A stretch of DNA of 64,000 bases, from the NCBI GenBank assembly GCA_002269645.1, contig NIVC01001864.1, positions 164,024-228,023 of the forward strand. The letters are read 5' to 3'. Both the position numbers and the translations under genes were made by a program. Below are positions 1-27,313 of the stretch, in pieces; within the stretch, counting starts at the first letter, position 1, and the number at the start of each line of letters is the position of its first letter. Under the pieces are notes generated by a model. It searched no databases, had not been told where the DNA came from, and worked only from the letters and a program-made list of their open reading frames with translations. Source of the stretch: Macrostomum lignano (taxonomy: Eukaryota).

Positions 1-156
<156 letters not shown>

Positions 157-846
157 TGATTGATTGGCTCTCCTGTTTTTGCTTCTGCTAATTGAATAAG
201 AATGAGTGCAGCGAATCGAAAGTTGGAAAGACATCTCAGGAAGAGAGAGAGAGCGCATATGTAATATTGTTAAATTTGATTTTTCGCCAATGAGCAAAGC
301 GTCGCAAACAGGTTGGTTAGGCGGACAAAAAGCCACAGTTAAATGCTGCTCAGTGATTGAGGACGAATTAAAGGGGGTCTTACGAGTATTGAAATTGACT
401 GCCAAAACTCAGTTGCCAAACCTCATACTAACCTAGCCTATATTAATAATTAATATTGCAGAAGGGCTGTGGGGTCTCCCTGGCGCAAATCTTTCGGCGA
501 CATCGTCCCGAAAATGAGGCCGCGCCAATACTGCATGCAAGCACGCACTCATTCATGCTGTACAAGCTCACACAGGGTGTACAGCGGGCCCTGACTTTCT
601 AATCCTGGCAGTGAAATGGCAGGCAGTCAATTTATCGGCCGGCAATTAATTGCGTCTCTAGGGGCTGCTTGATAAATCCATCGCAGGTATGTTAAACTGG
701 AATAAGTGGGGGAGGTTGCGGTTCAAAAGTTCTGAGACGGTTAGCTGTACATGCGCGAATGCCATCATAGCGACCAAACGTTTCTATACACAGATTCTAT
801 CTTGTTAAGCGCGATGAGAAAGCCGGGCGACTGCATGGTGGGTTGC

Positions 847-2499
847 TTAGTGCTCGGCCAGGCGTCGCCACATCAGCCGGTACCAGGTGTCGCTGTCAGT
901 CGTGAAGACCGACGATCCGCCGTTCGCGGCAGGCGGCGCGGGCTCGTACTCGTGCACCGAGTTGCTGGTCATGTCGAATCGGACGGTCGGCCTGGCCGAC
1001 TGGCTGCGGGCTCGCAGGCTCAGCTTGCCGCTCTGCATTGACGCGGCTCGTCGGGCTGTCGGACGACGCGGCGGGGCCTTAGCCTCAGCGGTGACGGTGG
1101 CGGCGGCGGCAGCGGCGGCGGTTGTTGTTGTTGAGCTCGACGTCGGTTGGCCCTCGGAGGCGATCGGCGGCCGCGGCTTCGAACCGAAACCGACGGCCGC
1201 CGTCCGGGGCCTCGCCGAGGACGCGGGCAGCAGCTGCTGCTCGTTGACTGCGGCAGCGGCGGTTGCTGCTGTTGCTGCCGCGTTCTTCTTCAGGATTGAT
1301 TTAATCTGGTAGATCTCCGTCGTGCAACCGGCACCGTCAGTGACGGACAGCAGCGGCTTTGGCTCTTCAGCCGAAGTCGAATTGGCCGCCGCGGTTGTCG
1401 CAGCCGCAGCAGTTGGCGCTGCTATCGATGGAGCCGAAGTGGTGGCCGCGACGCTGGAGGCTTCCGTCTGAGCGTAGGATGGCAGCAGCTTGGGCCGCGG
1501 AGATGCCGGAGTCTTTGGCAGAGCTTGCTGCCGCTGCTGCTGCTGCTGCAAATTCTGATCGGGCATGCGGTTCAGAAAGTGCATGTAGGAAATGCTGGTC
1601 ACGCTGCCATTCGCCGACATTGAAACCGGTTGCGCCGTCTTCACCGGAGGCTGAGCGCTCGTAGAATCAATGCTGCCGTTGGTCCCGTTGGCGGCGGCTG
1701 GCGGGGGCTTCTCCGCTGCTGATGGCTGGCGACTGCCGTTCAGCAGGCCAGCCGGTGCCGCCGCCTCCGCTGCCGCCTCAGCGGTCGCCGTTGGCACGGC
1801 GGCAATGGTTCGATTTCGCCTTCGGCTGCGAACCACCACAGTGTGATGCGGCTGCGCCTCCGCCTCCACAGATGGCAGCAGCGGCGGCGGTGGCGACTGG
1901 GGCGCCTGCGTCACTTGCGGCAGCCCCTGTGGATTTGTTGAGGTCGCTGATGCGGTCGACGCAGCGGCGGCAGCGGCAGCGGCCACCATCTGTGGAGTGA
2001 CCCGGCCGCCTCGGGCCGGCGCCAGGTAGCCGCCCTGACCGGCCGGCGGCTCCGGCGTCGGCGACCGTCGGTGATGACCGCGGGCGCGCCTCCTGGCGGC
2101 GCCGTGTGCGCTGATGGCACGACCGGTGCCAAGTGGCCGCCTCTGCTGCTGCTGGTGATGCACAGCTGTAAGCGGCCTGCCGTTTGCCAGCTGCATTGGC
2201 AGCGGCAGTTTCCCACCGCCTCGTGGCGACTCCTTGAACACCCCGCCGGAGCTGCCGATCCACGGCGGCGGCGACGCCCGGGCGCGCCAACTGCCAGCGG
2301 CGCCTGCCGGAGCGGCGGCGGATTGCGTATGAGGATTTTGGCTCATGCCCAGCTCCCCGCCTGCTGGATTTGATGCTCTGGCGGCTTCAAGAGGCCCTGC
2401 TGCCGTGATGAGCTGACACTTATCTATTGGCTGGGCTGCTCGGGCAGGCAGTTGCTGCAGTTCATTTCGCTGTTTTTTCATTACCTGTAGCCGCTGCAC
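847..2499 (-). CDS. Low-complexity Ala/Pro/Gln-rich protein (up to 550 aa) with C-terminal SILK-like and RVxF-like motifs; true start uncertain (ATG ~2347 or an upstream exon)
   Basis: 1.65-kb uninterrupted non-tandem GC-rich ORF; poly-Ala/poly-Gln runs as in the other exons here; motifs KSILKK and RPTVRFDMTSNSVHEY near the C-terminus. Confidence 0.7.
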   Translation of the reverse strand: MQRLQVMKKQRNELQQLPARAAQPIDKCQLITAAGPLEAARASNPAGGELGMSQNPHTQSAAAPAGAAGSWRARASPPPWIGSSGGVFKESPRGGGKLPLPMQLANGRPLTAVHHQQQQRRPLGTGRAISAHGAARRRARGHHRRSPTPEPPAGQGGYLAPARGGRVTPQMVAAAAAAAASTASATSTNPQGLPQVTQAPQSPPPPLLPSVEAEAQPHHTVVVRSRRRNRTIAAVPTATAEAAAEAAAPAGLLNGSRQPSAAEKPPPAAANGTNGSIDSTSAQPPVKTAQPVSMSANGSVTSISYMHFLNRMPDQNLQQQQQRQQALPKTPASPRPKLLPSYAQTEASSVAATTSAPSIAAPTAAAATTAAANSTSAEEPKPLLSVTDGAGCTTEIYQIKSILKKNAAATAATAAAAVNEQQLLPASSARPRTAAVGFGSKPRPPIASEGQPTSSSTTTTAAAAAAATVTAEAKAPPRRPTARRAASMQSGKLSLRARSQSARPTVRFDMTSNSVHEYEPAPPAANGGSSVFTTDSDTWYRLMWRRLAEH

Positions 2500-3559
2500 G
2501 AGCGTTTAATTGCTCACAGGGGGGAGGGGCCTGGTTGGGGCAGCTGCCCCCCCCCCCTGTCTGTCTGTCTGGTCCATTCTCTTCACTTTGCAGTATTTCT
2601 GACACTCAAAAGTCTGTCCTTCTCACAGTGTGTGTGTGTGTGTGTGTGTGTGTGTCTTTAGCATTTTTTCAATTCTACTCAGCAGCAGCAGCGGGGGTGG
2701 TGAAAAGCTCCTTCGTCTCCCTCTTTCCCTCAACCCCCTCCTCTGCGGGGAGTCTCTTTCTTCTTCTTTTCTTGGCCAGGTAAGCGAGACAGAACAAATC
2801 CTGAGCTGTTGATAGGAGCTCTGAGCAACAGGGCGCCTCTGAATTACCCTACTAGGCGCTGCTCACTACCCAGCCAAGGACTCTCTCTCAAAAGCCATCG
2901 CCAAGTGTCTACTCGAATATACTCAACCGTGCACTCCACGCATTATATATAATATTCAGGCAGAGATGAAGAGTGGGCCTCTCTCGCCCTGGCTCGTCTC
3001 TCGCCGTCTCCACCTCAGACTCTTTTATTGTGCTCACTGCTCACCCGCTATTAGCTGGCGGTGAGCAAGTGAACTCAAAACTAGCTGAATGTATTTGCCT
3101 CTATCATCAGCCCTAAAAAATAACATTCTCTAGAGCTTCTTCCAGCCCTAATAGATTGAGAAATCCGTTGCTCACGGCTTCTGGACTGGGCTATTATCGT
3201 TGCAACAAGCGATGCACAAGCCCCCCCCCCCAATGAGCTGGGCAACGTGTTTTGGGTGCTTGTTTGCGCTGTGTTATAATTGCTCGCATTAAAACGAATG
3301 CTACATTTAATTTATGCGTTACCACAGCGGCACAGTCTGTTCACCCTGAGGCCTGACCAACAGTGTGTCCTAAATTTTTACTTTTGCGATTTTGCAACTG
3401 AGTTCAAGCTCTAAGGAGCGGATCGAGTGGGCTGAGGGTTTAAGTACGCAACATTAACTTACACGACTGTCCCACCACCAAGGACACGGCGCACCCTTCG
3501 GGACAGCGCCCTCTTAGGACGGCGCCCCCCGCCCCTCAGGACGGCAACCCCCAGGACAG

Positions 3560-4010
3560 CAAGAAGGGGGAGGAAAAGGAGAAGGAGGAGGAGAAGGAAT
3601 AGGGGGAGGAGAAGGAGGAAGAGGAGGAGAAGGAATAGGGGGAGGAGAAGGAGAAGGAATAGGGGGAGGAGAAGGAGGAAGAGGAGGAGAAGGAATAGGG
3701 GGAGGAGAAGGAGAAGGAATAGGGGGGGAGAAGGAGGAAGAGGGGAGAAGGAATAGGGGGAGGAGAAGGAGAAGGAATAGGGGGAGGAGAAGGAGGAAGA
3801 GGAGGAGAAGGAATAGGGGGAGGAGAAGGAGAAGGAATAGGGGGAGGAGAAGGAGGAAGAGGAGGAGAAGGAGGAGGAGGAGAAGGAGGAGGAGGAGGAG
3901 GAGGAGGAGGAGGAGAAGGAGGAGGAGGAGGAGGAGGAGGAGGAGGAGGAGGAGGAGGAGGAGGAGGAGGAGGAGGAGGAGGAGGAGGAGGAGGAGGAGG
4001 AGGAGGAGAA
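3560..4010. repeat. GGA/AGG-rich repeat with ~60-bp higher unit
   Basis: GGAGAAGGAATAGGGGGAGGAGAA units grading into (GGA)n. Confidence 0.9.
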
Positions 4011-4924
4011 GTAGAAGGAGGAGCGGCTCCACCGTAGAAAGATGCAGGAAAGCGGTAAACATATCGCAGAATGTGTGGCCTATCGTCACAAACGTCTACT
4101 GGACCCCCCCCCCCGATTCAGCATGCTCACGGAGTGGAATAGCGGGAACAAGCCTGCCTGTGGTAGCCTGCCTAAACAAGTCCAAGAGGTACAAAAATGA
4201 CCGAGAATTAATCGTCTTTGTACTTAGCCATCTGACATACTGTCAGCATGAGGCAAATTCTTCAAAAGGTTTCTAGTTGCGGATGCAAGCTGAATCAGGG
4301 AGACCGGAACTGACCAAGACTTTGAGAACCAGAATTAGCCAGCTCAGAAAACCGGGATGCTCGGCTTAATTTGCTCGGTTTGTGAGGGCTCAGGATGAGG
4401 CTATAAGGCTAGTGAACGCCAGACTTCCTGTTTTGAGAGGGATTAAAGGGAAGAAAAGACAAGGCCCGAGGATTACCTGCCCAGCTGACTGTAAGAGAGT
4501 GGCTTGGCACTTTATGTAGGAGCCGTGTCCAGTACCCAGACTCCGAGAGCAAGCATGAGCAGGCGGCAAGTGTGCATTAAGGTTAAATAAAAAGCAGTCC
4601 AGAGAGACTGCGCCAGACATGAACTGTCGCCTCTGGTTATCCCCGGGCGAAACCTACAGGAGGCATGGGAACTCGCGATGGGGATCCTCGGCCTAATCTG
4701 ATTTCGCCTGCCAGCCTGGCTCACTGATGGGGAAGAGTCTGTAGCTTGGGGTGGTGCCAGCCCACCCCCTATCTCTGGCAGGAAATGGAGAGGACAAGAA
4801 GCCAGCAGTCTGAACTATGGACGCCTAAAACTAGATATTTGAATAGGAAACTGGGTAGACCAAGGATCATTGGTTAGTAGTACATGGACGCTGCGCTTCA
4901 TATGTCCAAAAGCTAGAGAGGTTT

Positions 4925-5480
4925 CCCCAACCCTAAAGTTCCCCAACCCTAAACTTCCCCCAACCCTAAACTTCCCCAACCCAAATCTTCCCAACCCAAA
5001 TCTTCCCAACCCTGAACTTGCCAAACCCTAAACTTCACCAACCCTAAACTTCCCCAACCCTAACCTTCCCCAACCCTAAACTTCCCCAACCCTAAACTTC
5101 CCCCAACCCAAATCTTCCCAACCCTGAACTTGCCAAACCCTAAACTTCACCAACCCTAAACTTCCCCAACCCTAACCTTCCCCAACCCTAAACTTCCCCA
5201 ACCCTAAACTTCCCCCAACCCAAATCTTCCCAACCCTAAACTTGCCAAACCCTAAACTTCGCCCAACTCTAAACTTCCTAACCCTAAACTTTCTAACCCT
5301 AAACTTCCCAAACCCTAAACTTCCCAAACCCTAAACTTACCAAACCCTAAACTTCCCAAACCCTAAACATCCCAAACCCAAAACTTCCCAAACTCTAAAC
5401 TTCCCAAACCCTAAACTTCCTAAACCCTAAACTTCCCAAACCCTAAACTTCCCAAACCATAAACTTACCCAGCCCTAAAC
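4925..5480. repeat. Telomere-like ~15-16-bp minisatellite (AACCCTAAACTTCCC)
   Basis: Dozens of degenerate copies containing CCCTAA(A). Confidence 0.9.
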
Positions 5481-6040
5481 TTCGCAATGAGCTCAGTGCG
5501 TGAAGAGTCGCAGTCCCCCTAAGTGAAAAATATCCTTGAGCAATCGTTTCTTGGAAATCGGTCACTAATCCAACCGCAGCTTAGCTTACAGACCCGACGC
5601 TAAGACCCTGGGGATGGCCGCGGGGGGAACAGCCGAGAGCGGGCAAGAGGCCTGAGGGTGGGAAAACGCCTTGCGGAGCGAGTGAAAGGGGATTATTTTT
5701 CGGGCTTGATGGCGGCGCCGAGGCAGGCGGGGGAGCGCGAGTCAGACAGCTGCAGGCGACGGAAACTCCGCGGGGACGCCCCAATTAGCGACCGAGCCGG
5801 CCGCGGGGAGATGAGGCCAGCCATCCAATCTCCGGGTGCCCTCTCGGTCGCAGTTGAGACTGCAGGCCTGGCATTTCCGGGGGGCTCTGCGGCTGACATT
5901 GCTTTGGAGAGATAAACCCGCCTCCCCCTTAAAACGGGATCGTGCTCAGATCCCTTTTCCCAGCGACAGGGCCAGCCTGTCTGGTGCCACCTTCCCTTCC
6001 ATCCTCTTTTACTTTTTCCCCAAACCCCAGAATAGTTGCT

Positions 6041-11133
<5,093 letters not shown>

Positions 11134-11512
11134 AGCGGATTCGCTCGCTTCTTGGAGCCAGATTCAGAAATGTTATCGCTACACTACTTCTGTTTTATTT
11201 AGTAGTAGTATTTTGCGGATATTATTGTAAATTACTATTTGCGTGAGAAAAATGCGTTAAAATTGTACTCAGTAGGTTAGGCCTGTAGCTGTAACTTCGG
11301 AACTTGCTTGCAATGAGCTGTGCTTTTGAGTTTAAACTCGTGCCCATACGAGCTATCTGGTGACAGTAGCTAGTCTGTTTCTGTTTCTGACCTGTCTGTT
11401 ATGCGATTCAAGTATGCATTTAAGATAAGCGCGAATATTCACAATATTCACATTCACAATATATTCACAATATTCGCGAATAGTTAGTCATTCACACCAA
11501 AAATTAATCAAC

Positions 11513-11748
11513 TCAGTCAGTCAGTCAGTCAGTCAGTCAGTCAGTCAGTCAGTCAGTCAGTCAGTCAGTCAGTCAGTCAGTCAGTCAGTCAGTCAGTCAG
11601 TCAGTCAGTCAGTCAGTCAGTCAGTCAGTCAGTCAGTCAGTCAGTCAGTCAGTCAGTCAGTCAGTCAGTCAGTCAGTCAGTCAGTCAGTCAGTCAGTCAG
11701 TCAGTCAGTCAGTCAGTCAGTCAGTCAGTCAGTCAGTCAGTCAGTCAG
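11513..11748. repeat. (TCAG)n microsatellite
   Basis: Perfect run. Confidence 0.98.
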
Positions 11749-12397
11749 CAGTTTTACTGTTTTACTTACCGAGGCAGCTGTTTTCTCTAAAAGCAAACTG
11801 CCCAGCCGCTGAAAGTTAAAAGGCCACCAGCATCATCCGCCCGGCTTCTGGGCTGCGGCGGCGGGAAATCCGAGACAGATGACGGGTGGAGAATTCAGAA
11901 TCCCTTTGAGACCGCGAAGCGATGAAGTTAGGGAAGTGGGGGGGGAGCTTGAGCAGAGCGCGCGGTGGGAACCAACCGGCAGGGGCTTCATCAAGTATTG
12001 GAGATGCTGGATGCTAGGATATCAGGGCCTTCGACATCACTATTTATTTTAGCACTCCAACCCCCAGCCCAGCGGTTTTTTCTCCTCATTTCCAGACCGC
12101 CCCCCCTCAGTCATCTTGTTGTCGAGCAAAACACCGACATCCCTGCGGAGGGAGGAGGCGGCCGGGCGGTCTGAGCAGGGAGTGGGAATCGCTAGTAAGG
12201 ATTTTTGAGTTTCATATTTGATACCTTCCAAGTAGGCGGGCGGGATGGCTCAGTTCTCATACAGGTCCGGGGGCTATTTGTGTAAAAATTACCTGCTAGT
12301 GTATTGGAGCTTTGCTACAATTCCATACACTCGTACGTGGGGCCTGAGCCCCATGTGGGTCTCATTGGTTGCCTGGCGAAGTTCTCGCTTACAAGCT

Positions 12398-13150
12398 CAT
12401 GTTCAGCGCCAAAACTGATATCAATTGGAGTATTGAACTCGATCATGTTCAGCGCCAAAACTGATATCAATTGGAGCATTGAAGTCGATCATTTTAGCGC
12501 CAAAACTGACATCAATTGGAGCATTGAAGTCGATCATTTTAGCGCCAAAACTGACATCAATTGGAGCATTGAAGTCGATCATTTTAGCGCCAAAACTGAC
12601 ATCAATTGGAGCATTGAACTCGATCATGTTCAGCGCCAAAACTGACATCAATTGGAGCATTGAACTCGATCATGTTCAGCGCCAAAACTGACATCAATTG
12701 GAGCATTGAACTCGATCATGTTCAGCGCCAAAACTGACATCAATTGAAGCATTGAACTCGATCATGTTCAGCGCCAAAACTGACATCAATTGGAGCATTG
12801 AATTCGATCATGTTCAGCGCCAAAACTGACATCAATTGGAGCATTGAATTCGATCATGTTCAGCGCCAAAACTGACATCAATTGGAGCATTGAACTCGAT
12901 CATGTTCAGCGCCAAAACTGACATCAATTGGAGCATTGAACTCGATCATGTTCAGCGCCAAAGCTGACATCAATTGGAGCATTGAACTCGATCATGTTCA
13001 GCGCCAAAGCTGACATCAATTGGAGCATTGAACTCGATCATGTTCAGCGCCAAAGCTGACATCAATTGGAGCATTGAACTCGATCATGTTCAGCGCCAAA
13101 GCTGACATCAATTGGAGCATTGAAGTCGATAATTTTTAGCGCCAAAATTG
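12398..13150. repeat. 45/46-bp minisatellite (GTTCAGCGCCAAAACTGACATCAATTGGAGCATTGAACTCGATCAT)
   Basis: ~16 tandem copies, no unique spacers. Confidence 0.97.
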
Positions 13151-15104
13151 ATATAAACTGATCCCAATTTTTGCGCTAAAAGTCAATCTATTTAGTTACG
13201 AGAATATTTTTATGAACTCAATAGAATCGCATGACAAAAAATTGGCCTATGCAGTTGCCCTGTACAGAATTAAACAACTGCTCTGTTTTCACAGCAACGG
13301 TTTACTTGGACTCAGGTAAACTCAGCCTTGAGGCTGATTAGAGAGGCCAGATGGGGGACTTCAAGTGTCCCTTGCGGCCGGTACCCATGGCCTGCCCATG
13401 CTAATGAAGAGTCTCAACAGCTCAAGGCAGCGGGAGAGACAAGCTTGCAGCAGCAACAGCCCCAAACGAATGAAAAATTCAGCTCTGCAGGCTCAGCGGA
13501 GAGAAGACACTTCTTCTTTCGCTGTCTTTGCTGCCTTCTCTTTCCGCGGACAAAAAAGTTTCGCATGCGTGTTGTGTTCCCCACCCCCCCCCATTGCGGT
13601 GCGCCCCGCGGACTGGGCAGACTAAAAGGGGAGAAGTCAGCGAGCCGCGGGGGGTCTGCAGCCGCAGAGCGGGGGGCGATTAGGCCTGCTGCGGCTGCCT
13701 CTCCGCTCTTTTGTTTCCCTGAGCAGACAGTTGTTTCTAGCGGTTTCTTGCTGCTGCTGCCGCTGCTCCTGGAGTGGCTGCAGGCTCTGCTTCAGCCAGG
13801 TCGTCTTAGACAGCGGAACAATAGGGGGGGGGGGGTCTCCCGCCATCCCGCCAGTCCATCTCGCATCTTCCTCCGCCTGAAGATCAGCTCAGCCCCTCCA
13901 AAATCCAAAGCCACTTCAACCCGCTGTAGCGCGGGCCTGCAGCTTACTGGCTAATGAAGAACCTCAGCGACCAAATGGGCCTGTAGCGACTTGAAAGCTG
14001 CTGTCCCCCCTCCCCTGCTGCAGCGCCGGGCATCAAGTTTTCATGAAGAGAGGCCGAGACGGGGGCCGGAGCAGCGAGTAGAAATAATAATAATAATAAT
14101 TGAGGGGAAGAGAGAAAGAGAGGGGAGAACCACCCGGGACACTTGTTGCATAGTCAATGAGAGCGACTTCCCAAGCGGTCAACTTGCAACCTTCATCATC
14201 TCTCATCGTCACCCCATCATCTTTCAGCTCTCCCCAGCTTCCCATAGTGGCCTGGGAGAGAGAAAGAAGAATGAATGAATTAAGAAGTAGCGGGATCCAG
14301 CATTTGCCGCAGTGTGTGTCTCTCAGCAAACACGCTAGTTTGTTGAGATGATGGCGTTTGGCGTGTGGCTGCTTGCCGCATCGGCAACCGCCTCCCGGAA
14401 GCAGAAAAAGCCATGCAGAAGAAGAGGATGCAATAGCGCATCGGTCTGTATAAAGAGGTAGAGAGCCAAGAAGAGGAAAGTCTCTTGACACAGGCAAGCG
14501 TGCGCCCTCTATGTGTGCGCGCATGCGGTGTGTGTACCATTTGAAGTGGACAGCTCAAACACACTCACTGTCTTAGCTACTGTTACCGCGCAAGTGTGAC
14601 TGCTGTGACTTTGCAGTCTAATTAAGGCAAGGGCATGTATATTAGGCCTCCATGATTGTGCGTTGTTTGCTCGCTCAGCGCGGACACGTGGAGCTTGCCG
14701 CCTGCAGCAGCTGTGTGATGTTTAACCACCTCTCGAGAGGCCCCCCGGAGTATGGCCCCCGTTCAATGATAAACTGAGGGAGTAAGCCGAGAGAGCAAAC
14801 ATGGGGCGGCTTGTCAACTCAAAATTTTATATGAGCAGTTTGTATAAGCTTTCATTTTTCTCCCGCCACCACATGTATACACATTCTTTGCCCTGTTTTG
14901 CATAAAGCAGGTCTTGAAGATGATTTCAATTTCTACAGGAAGTTCTCACCCGCAGTGGCCAAACAGAGATGCTGGCCATTAATGGGAACTGAACCTTCAT
15001 GATGCCTCAGGCGGGTCTACCTTGCTGAAAGAATGCGCCAAAAATGAGGAGTTTTATCCTTTGTCTAAAATGAATTCATCCATGTCCATAACGATGAACT
15101 TATA

Positions 15105-15330
15105 ACGCTATGACTGGAATTAAAATTATGACCCCACGACTAAAATGAGGATTATGACTCCATGACTGGAATGAAGATTGTCATCACACGACTAAAATGA
15201 GGATTATGACTCCATGACTGAAATGAGGATTATGATCCCATGACTGAAATGAAGATTATGATCAACTGACTGAAATGAAAAATATGATCACATAACTAAA
15301 ATGAGGATTATGATCCCACAACCTTAATGA
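15105..15330. repeat. Degenerate ~30-bp repeat (ATGACTGAAATGAGGATTATG..)
   Basis: 7-8 diverged copies. Confidence 0.75.
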
Positions 15331-15930
15331 GGATTCTTAACCTAGGACTGCATTAATTGCATTCAACGCGAAATGAAGCAATTGCCACTAAAGCAGACAG
15401 TTGTTATTATAGCAATGCTAGAAAGCACAGTTTGATAAAAGTTATAAGTTATTCAGATCAAGTTACCTGGAGATATATTCTCTATTAAAACACTATAGTT
15501 GGATATTTCTAGCACAGATGACTTGCTAAAATGTTATCTGTCAATGGACAATTTGATCCACTAGCTGGTTCATTTTTTGTAGAAAATTAGCTACCTCACT
15601 TAGGCATTAGAAGTGGCTCGTGGCTAGAGAGTAAGAGCCAATATCCCCACTTAGCAACTAAATATCCTCTTGCTCAAAACAGGTCGCGTGGACCAGGCTA
15701 GGGGTTGAGCTCACCTGACAATGGGAGACAATGGGTGACCTCTTGACGCTAACTTGAGAGGAAAAGTGAGTTTTTAGTTTTGCAACGGAAGCTCCAAAAA
15801 GCTTTCGGCAACTTTGTGTCTCCGGGCAGGGATGGGGATTCCTTGTGATAAGTTTGGGAGAACACTTGGGGATGCGTAGCTGGCATTTGGTTTCGTTTGC
15901 AAAAATTGTCAAGAAGCTAAAAACTGCAAA

Positions 15931-17425
15931 ATATTATCCCATGACTGCTTTGGGATACACGAATTCCCTATGAGCTGAGGATATTATCCCATGACTGCTT
16001 TGGGATACACGAATTCCCTATGAGCTGAGGATATTATCCCATTACTGCTTTGAGATACACGAATTCCCTATGAGCTGAGGATATTATCCCATGACTGCTT
16101 TGGGATACACGAATTCCCTATGAGCTGAGGATATTATCCCATGACTGCTTTGGGATACACGAATTCCCTATGAGCTGAGGATATTATCCCATGACTGCTT
16201 TGGGATACATGAATTCCCTATGAGCTGAGGATATTATCCCATGACTGCTTTGGGATACACGAATTCCCTATGAGCTGAGGATATTATCCCATGACTGCTT
16301 TGGGATACACGAATTCCCTTTGAGCTGGGGATATTACCCCATGACTGCTTTGGGATACACGAATTCCCTATGAGCTGGGGATATTATCCCATGACTGCTT
16401 TGGGATACACGAATTCCCTTTGAGCTGAGGATATTATCCCATGACTGCTTTGGGATATACGAATTCCCTTTGAGCTGAGGATATTATCCCATTACTGCTT
16501 TGGGATACATGAATTCCCTATGAGCTGGGGATATTATCCTACGACTGCTTTGGGATACACGAATTCCCTATGAGCTGAGGATATTATCCCATGACTGCTT
16601 TGGGATACACGAATTCCCTTTGAGCTGAGGATATTATCCCATGACTGCTTTGGGATATACGAATTCCCTTTGAGCTGAGGATATTATCCCATTACTGCTT
16701 TGGGATACATGAATTCCCTATGAGCTGGGGATATTATCCTACGACTGCTTTGGGATACACGAATTCCTTATGAGCTGGGGATATTATCCCATGACTGCTT
16801 TGGTTGCATTAATTCCCTATGAGCTGGGGATATTATCCTATGACTGCTTTGGTTGCATTAATTCCCTATGAACTGGGGATATTATCCTATGACTGCTTTG
16901 GTTGCATTAATTCCCTATGAACTGGGGATATTATCCTATGACTGCTTTGGGATACACGAATTCCCTTTGAGCTGGGGATATTATCCTATGACTGCTTTGG
17001 GATACACGAATTCCCTTTGAGCTGGGGATATTATCCCATGACTGCTTTGGTTGCATTAATTCCCTATGAACTGGGGATATTATCCTATGACTGCTTTGGT
17101 TGCATTAATTCCCTATGAACTGGGGATATTATCCTATGACTGCTTTGGGATACACGAATTCCCTTTGAGCTGGGGATATTATCCTATGACTGCTTTGGGA
17201 TACACGAATTCCCTTTGAGCTGGGGATATTATCCCATGACTGCTTTGGTTGCATTAATTCCCTATGAACTGAGGATATTATCCTATGACTGCTTTGGGAT
17301 ACACGAATTCCCTTTGAGCTGGGGATATTATCCCATGACTGCTTTGGGATACACGAATTCCCTATGAGCTGAGGATATTATCCCATTACTGCTTTGGTTG
17401 CATTAATTCCCTATGAGCTGGGGAT
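15931..17425. repeat. 49/50-bp minisatellite (ATATTATCCCATGACTGCTTTGGGATACACGAATTCCCTATGAGCTGAGG)
   Basis: ~30 copies, two unit variants. Confidence 0.98.
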
Positions 17426-17854
17426 ATGTTCCCATATCTGCTTTCAGTTTCATGAACTCCCCATCAGCTGGGATATCCTCTGGCTTTTTAACCCTAAAAT
17501 AATAAATAGCTCTTGAGTCGAACACAAATGAAAACAAATTTAATGTGTCTAATGAACAAAAAAAGATTAAGCAGTATGATGGATATTTGTAAATGTATTT
17601 TTCATATTTTTATAGACATGAATGTATTGATTACACTCTAAGGTAATAGAAAAGTATCAATGTACAATGGGAACAACAGATGAGTGACATTTTGCCAGTT
17701 AAAACAGGAACATTGTCACAGGTAGAATCCATGCAGTTCGGACAAGTACACTTTTGAAGATCGCATGAAAAAGTACATTTAGGAGGTTGAGAGCAGAGGT
17801 TATGCCGCAAATAAAGGGAAACAGAAACGGTGAAAAGACAGGGATAAGGATAGT

Positions 17855-18110
17855 GACAGTCGATGTCAGAGAGAGTAAGTGTCATTTGATGTCAGAGAGG
17901 GTAGCGTGTCAGTCGATGTCAGAGAGGGTAAGCGTCAGTCGATGTCAGAGAGGGTAGCGTCAATCGATGTCAGAGAGGGTATTGTCAGTCGATGTCAGAG
18001 AGTGTCATTTGATGTCAGAGAGGGTAGTGTCAGTCGATGTCAGAGAGTGTAGTGTCAGTCGATGTCAGAGAGGGTAGTGTGTCAGTCGATGTCAGAGAGG
18101 GTAGTGTCAG
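17855..18110. repeat. ~24-bp repeat (GTCAGTCGATGTCAGAGAGGGTA)
   Basis: ~10 copies just 3' of the NR2E stop. Confidence 0.88.
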
Positions 18111-18218
18111 GCAAAGTCAGTCAAGTGTCAGGCGTAAAGTTAGCAAATTAAATGTATATTTATGTCTGTAACATGTTCATAGCATGTGTACTCGAACTCT
18201 CGCTCGTTCTTTGGGCTG

Positions 18219-27313
<9,095 letters not shown>

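Noticed and set aside
887-2373. Antisense and alternative-frame ORFs overlapping GC-rich exons (also 21099-21863, 26276-26614, 60968-61630)
   Set aside because: Expected shadows of high-GC coding sequence; no domain signatures.
13328-14564. ORF cluster 3' of the NR2E gene
   Set aside because: GC-rich unique DNA, but no coherent frame, domain or exon chain could be supported.
12398-17425. 46-bp and 50-bp regular repeats as CRISPR arrays
   Set aside because: Units are head-to-tail with no unique spacers, there are no cas genes, and the context is intron-containing eukaryotic DNA.
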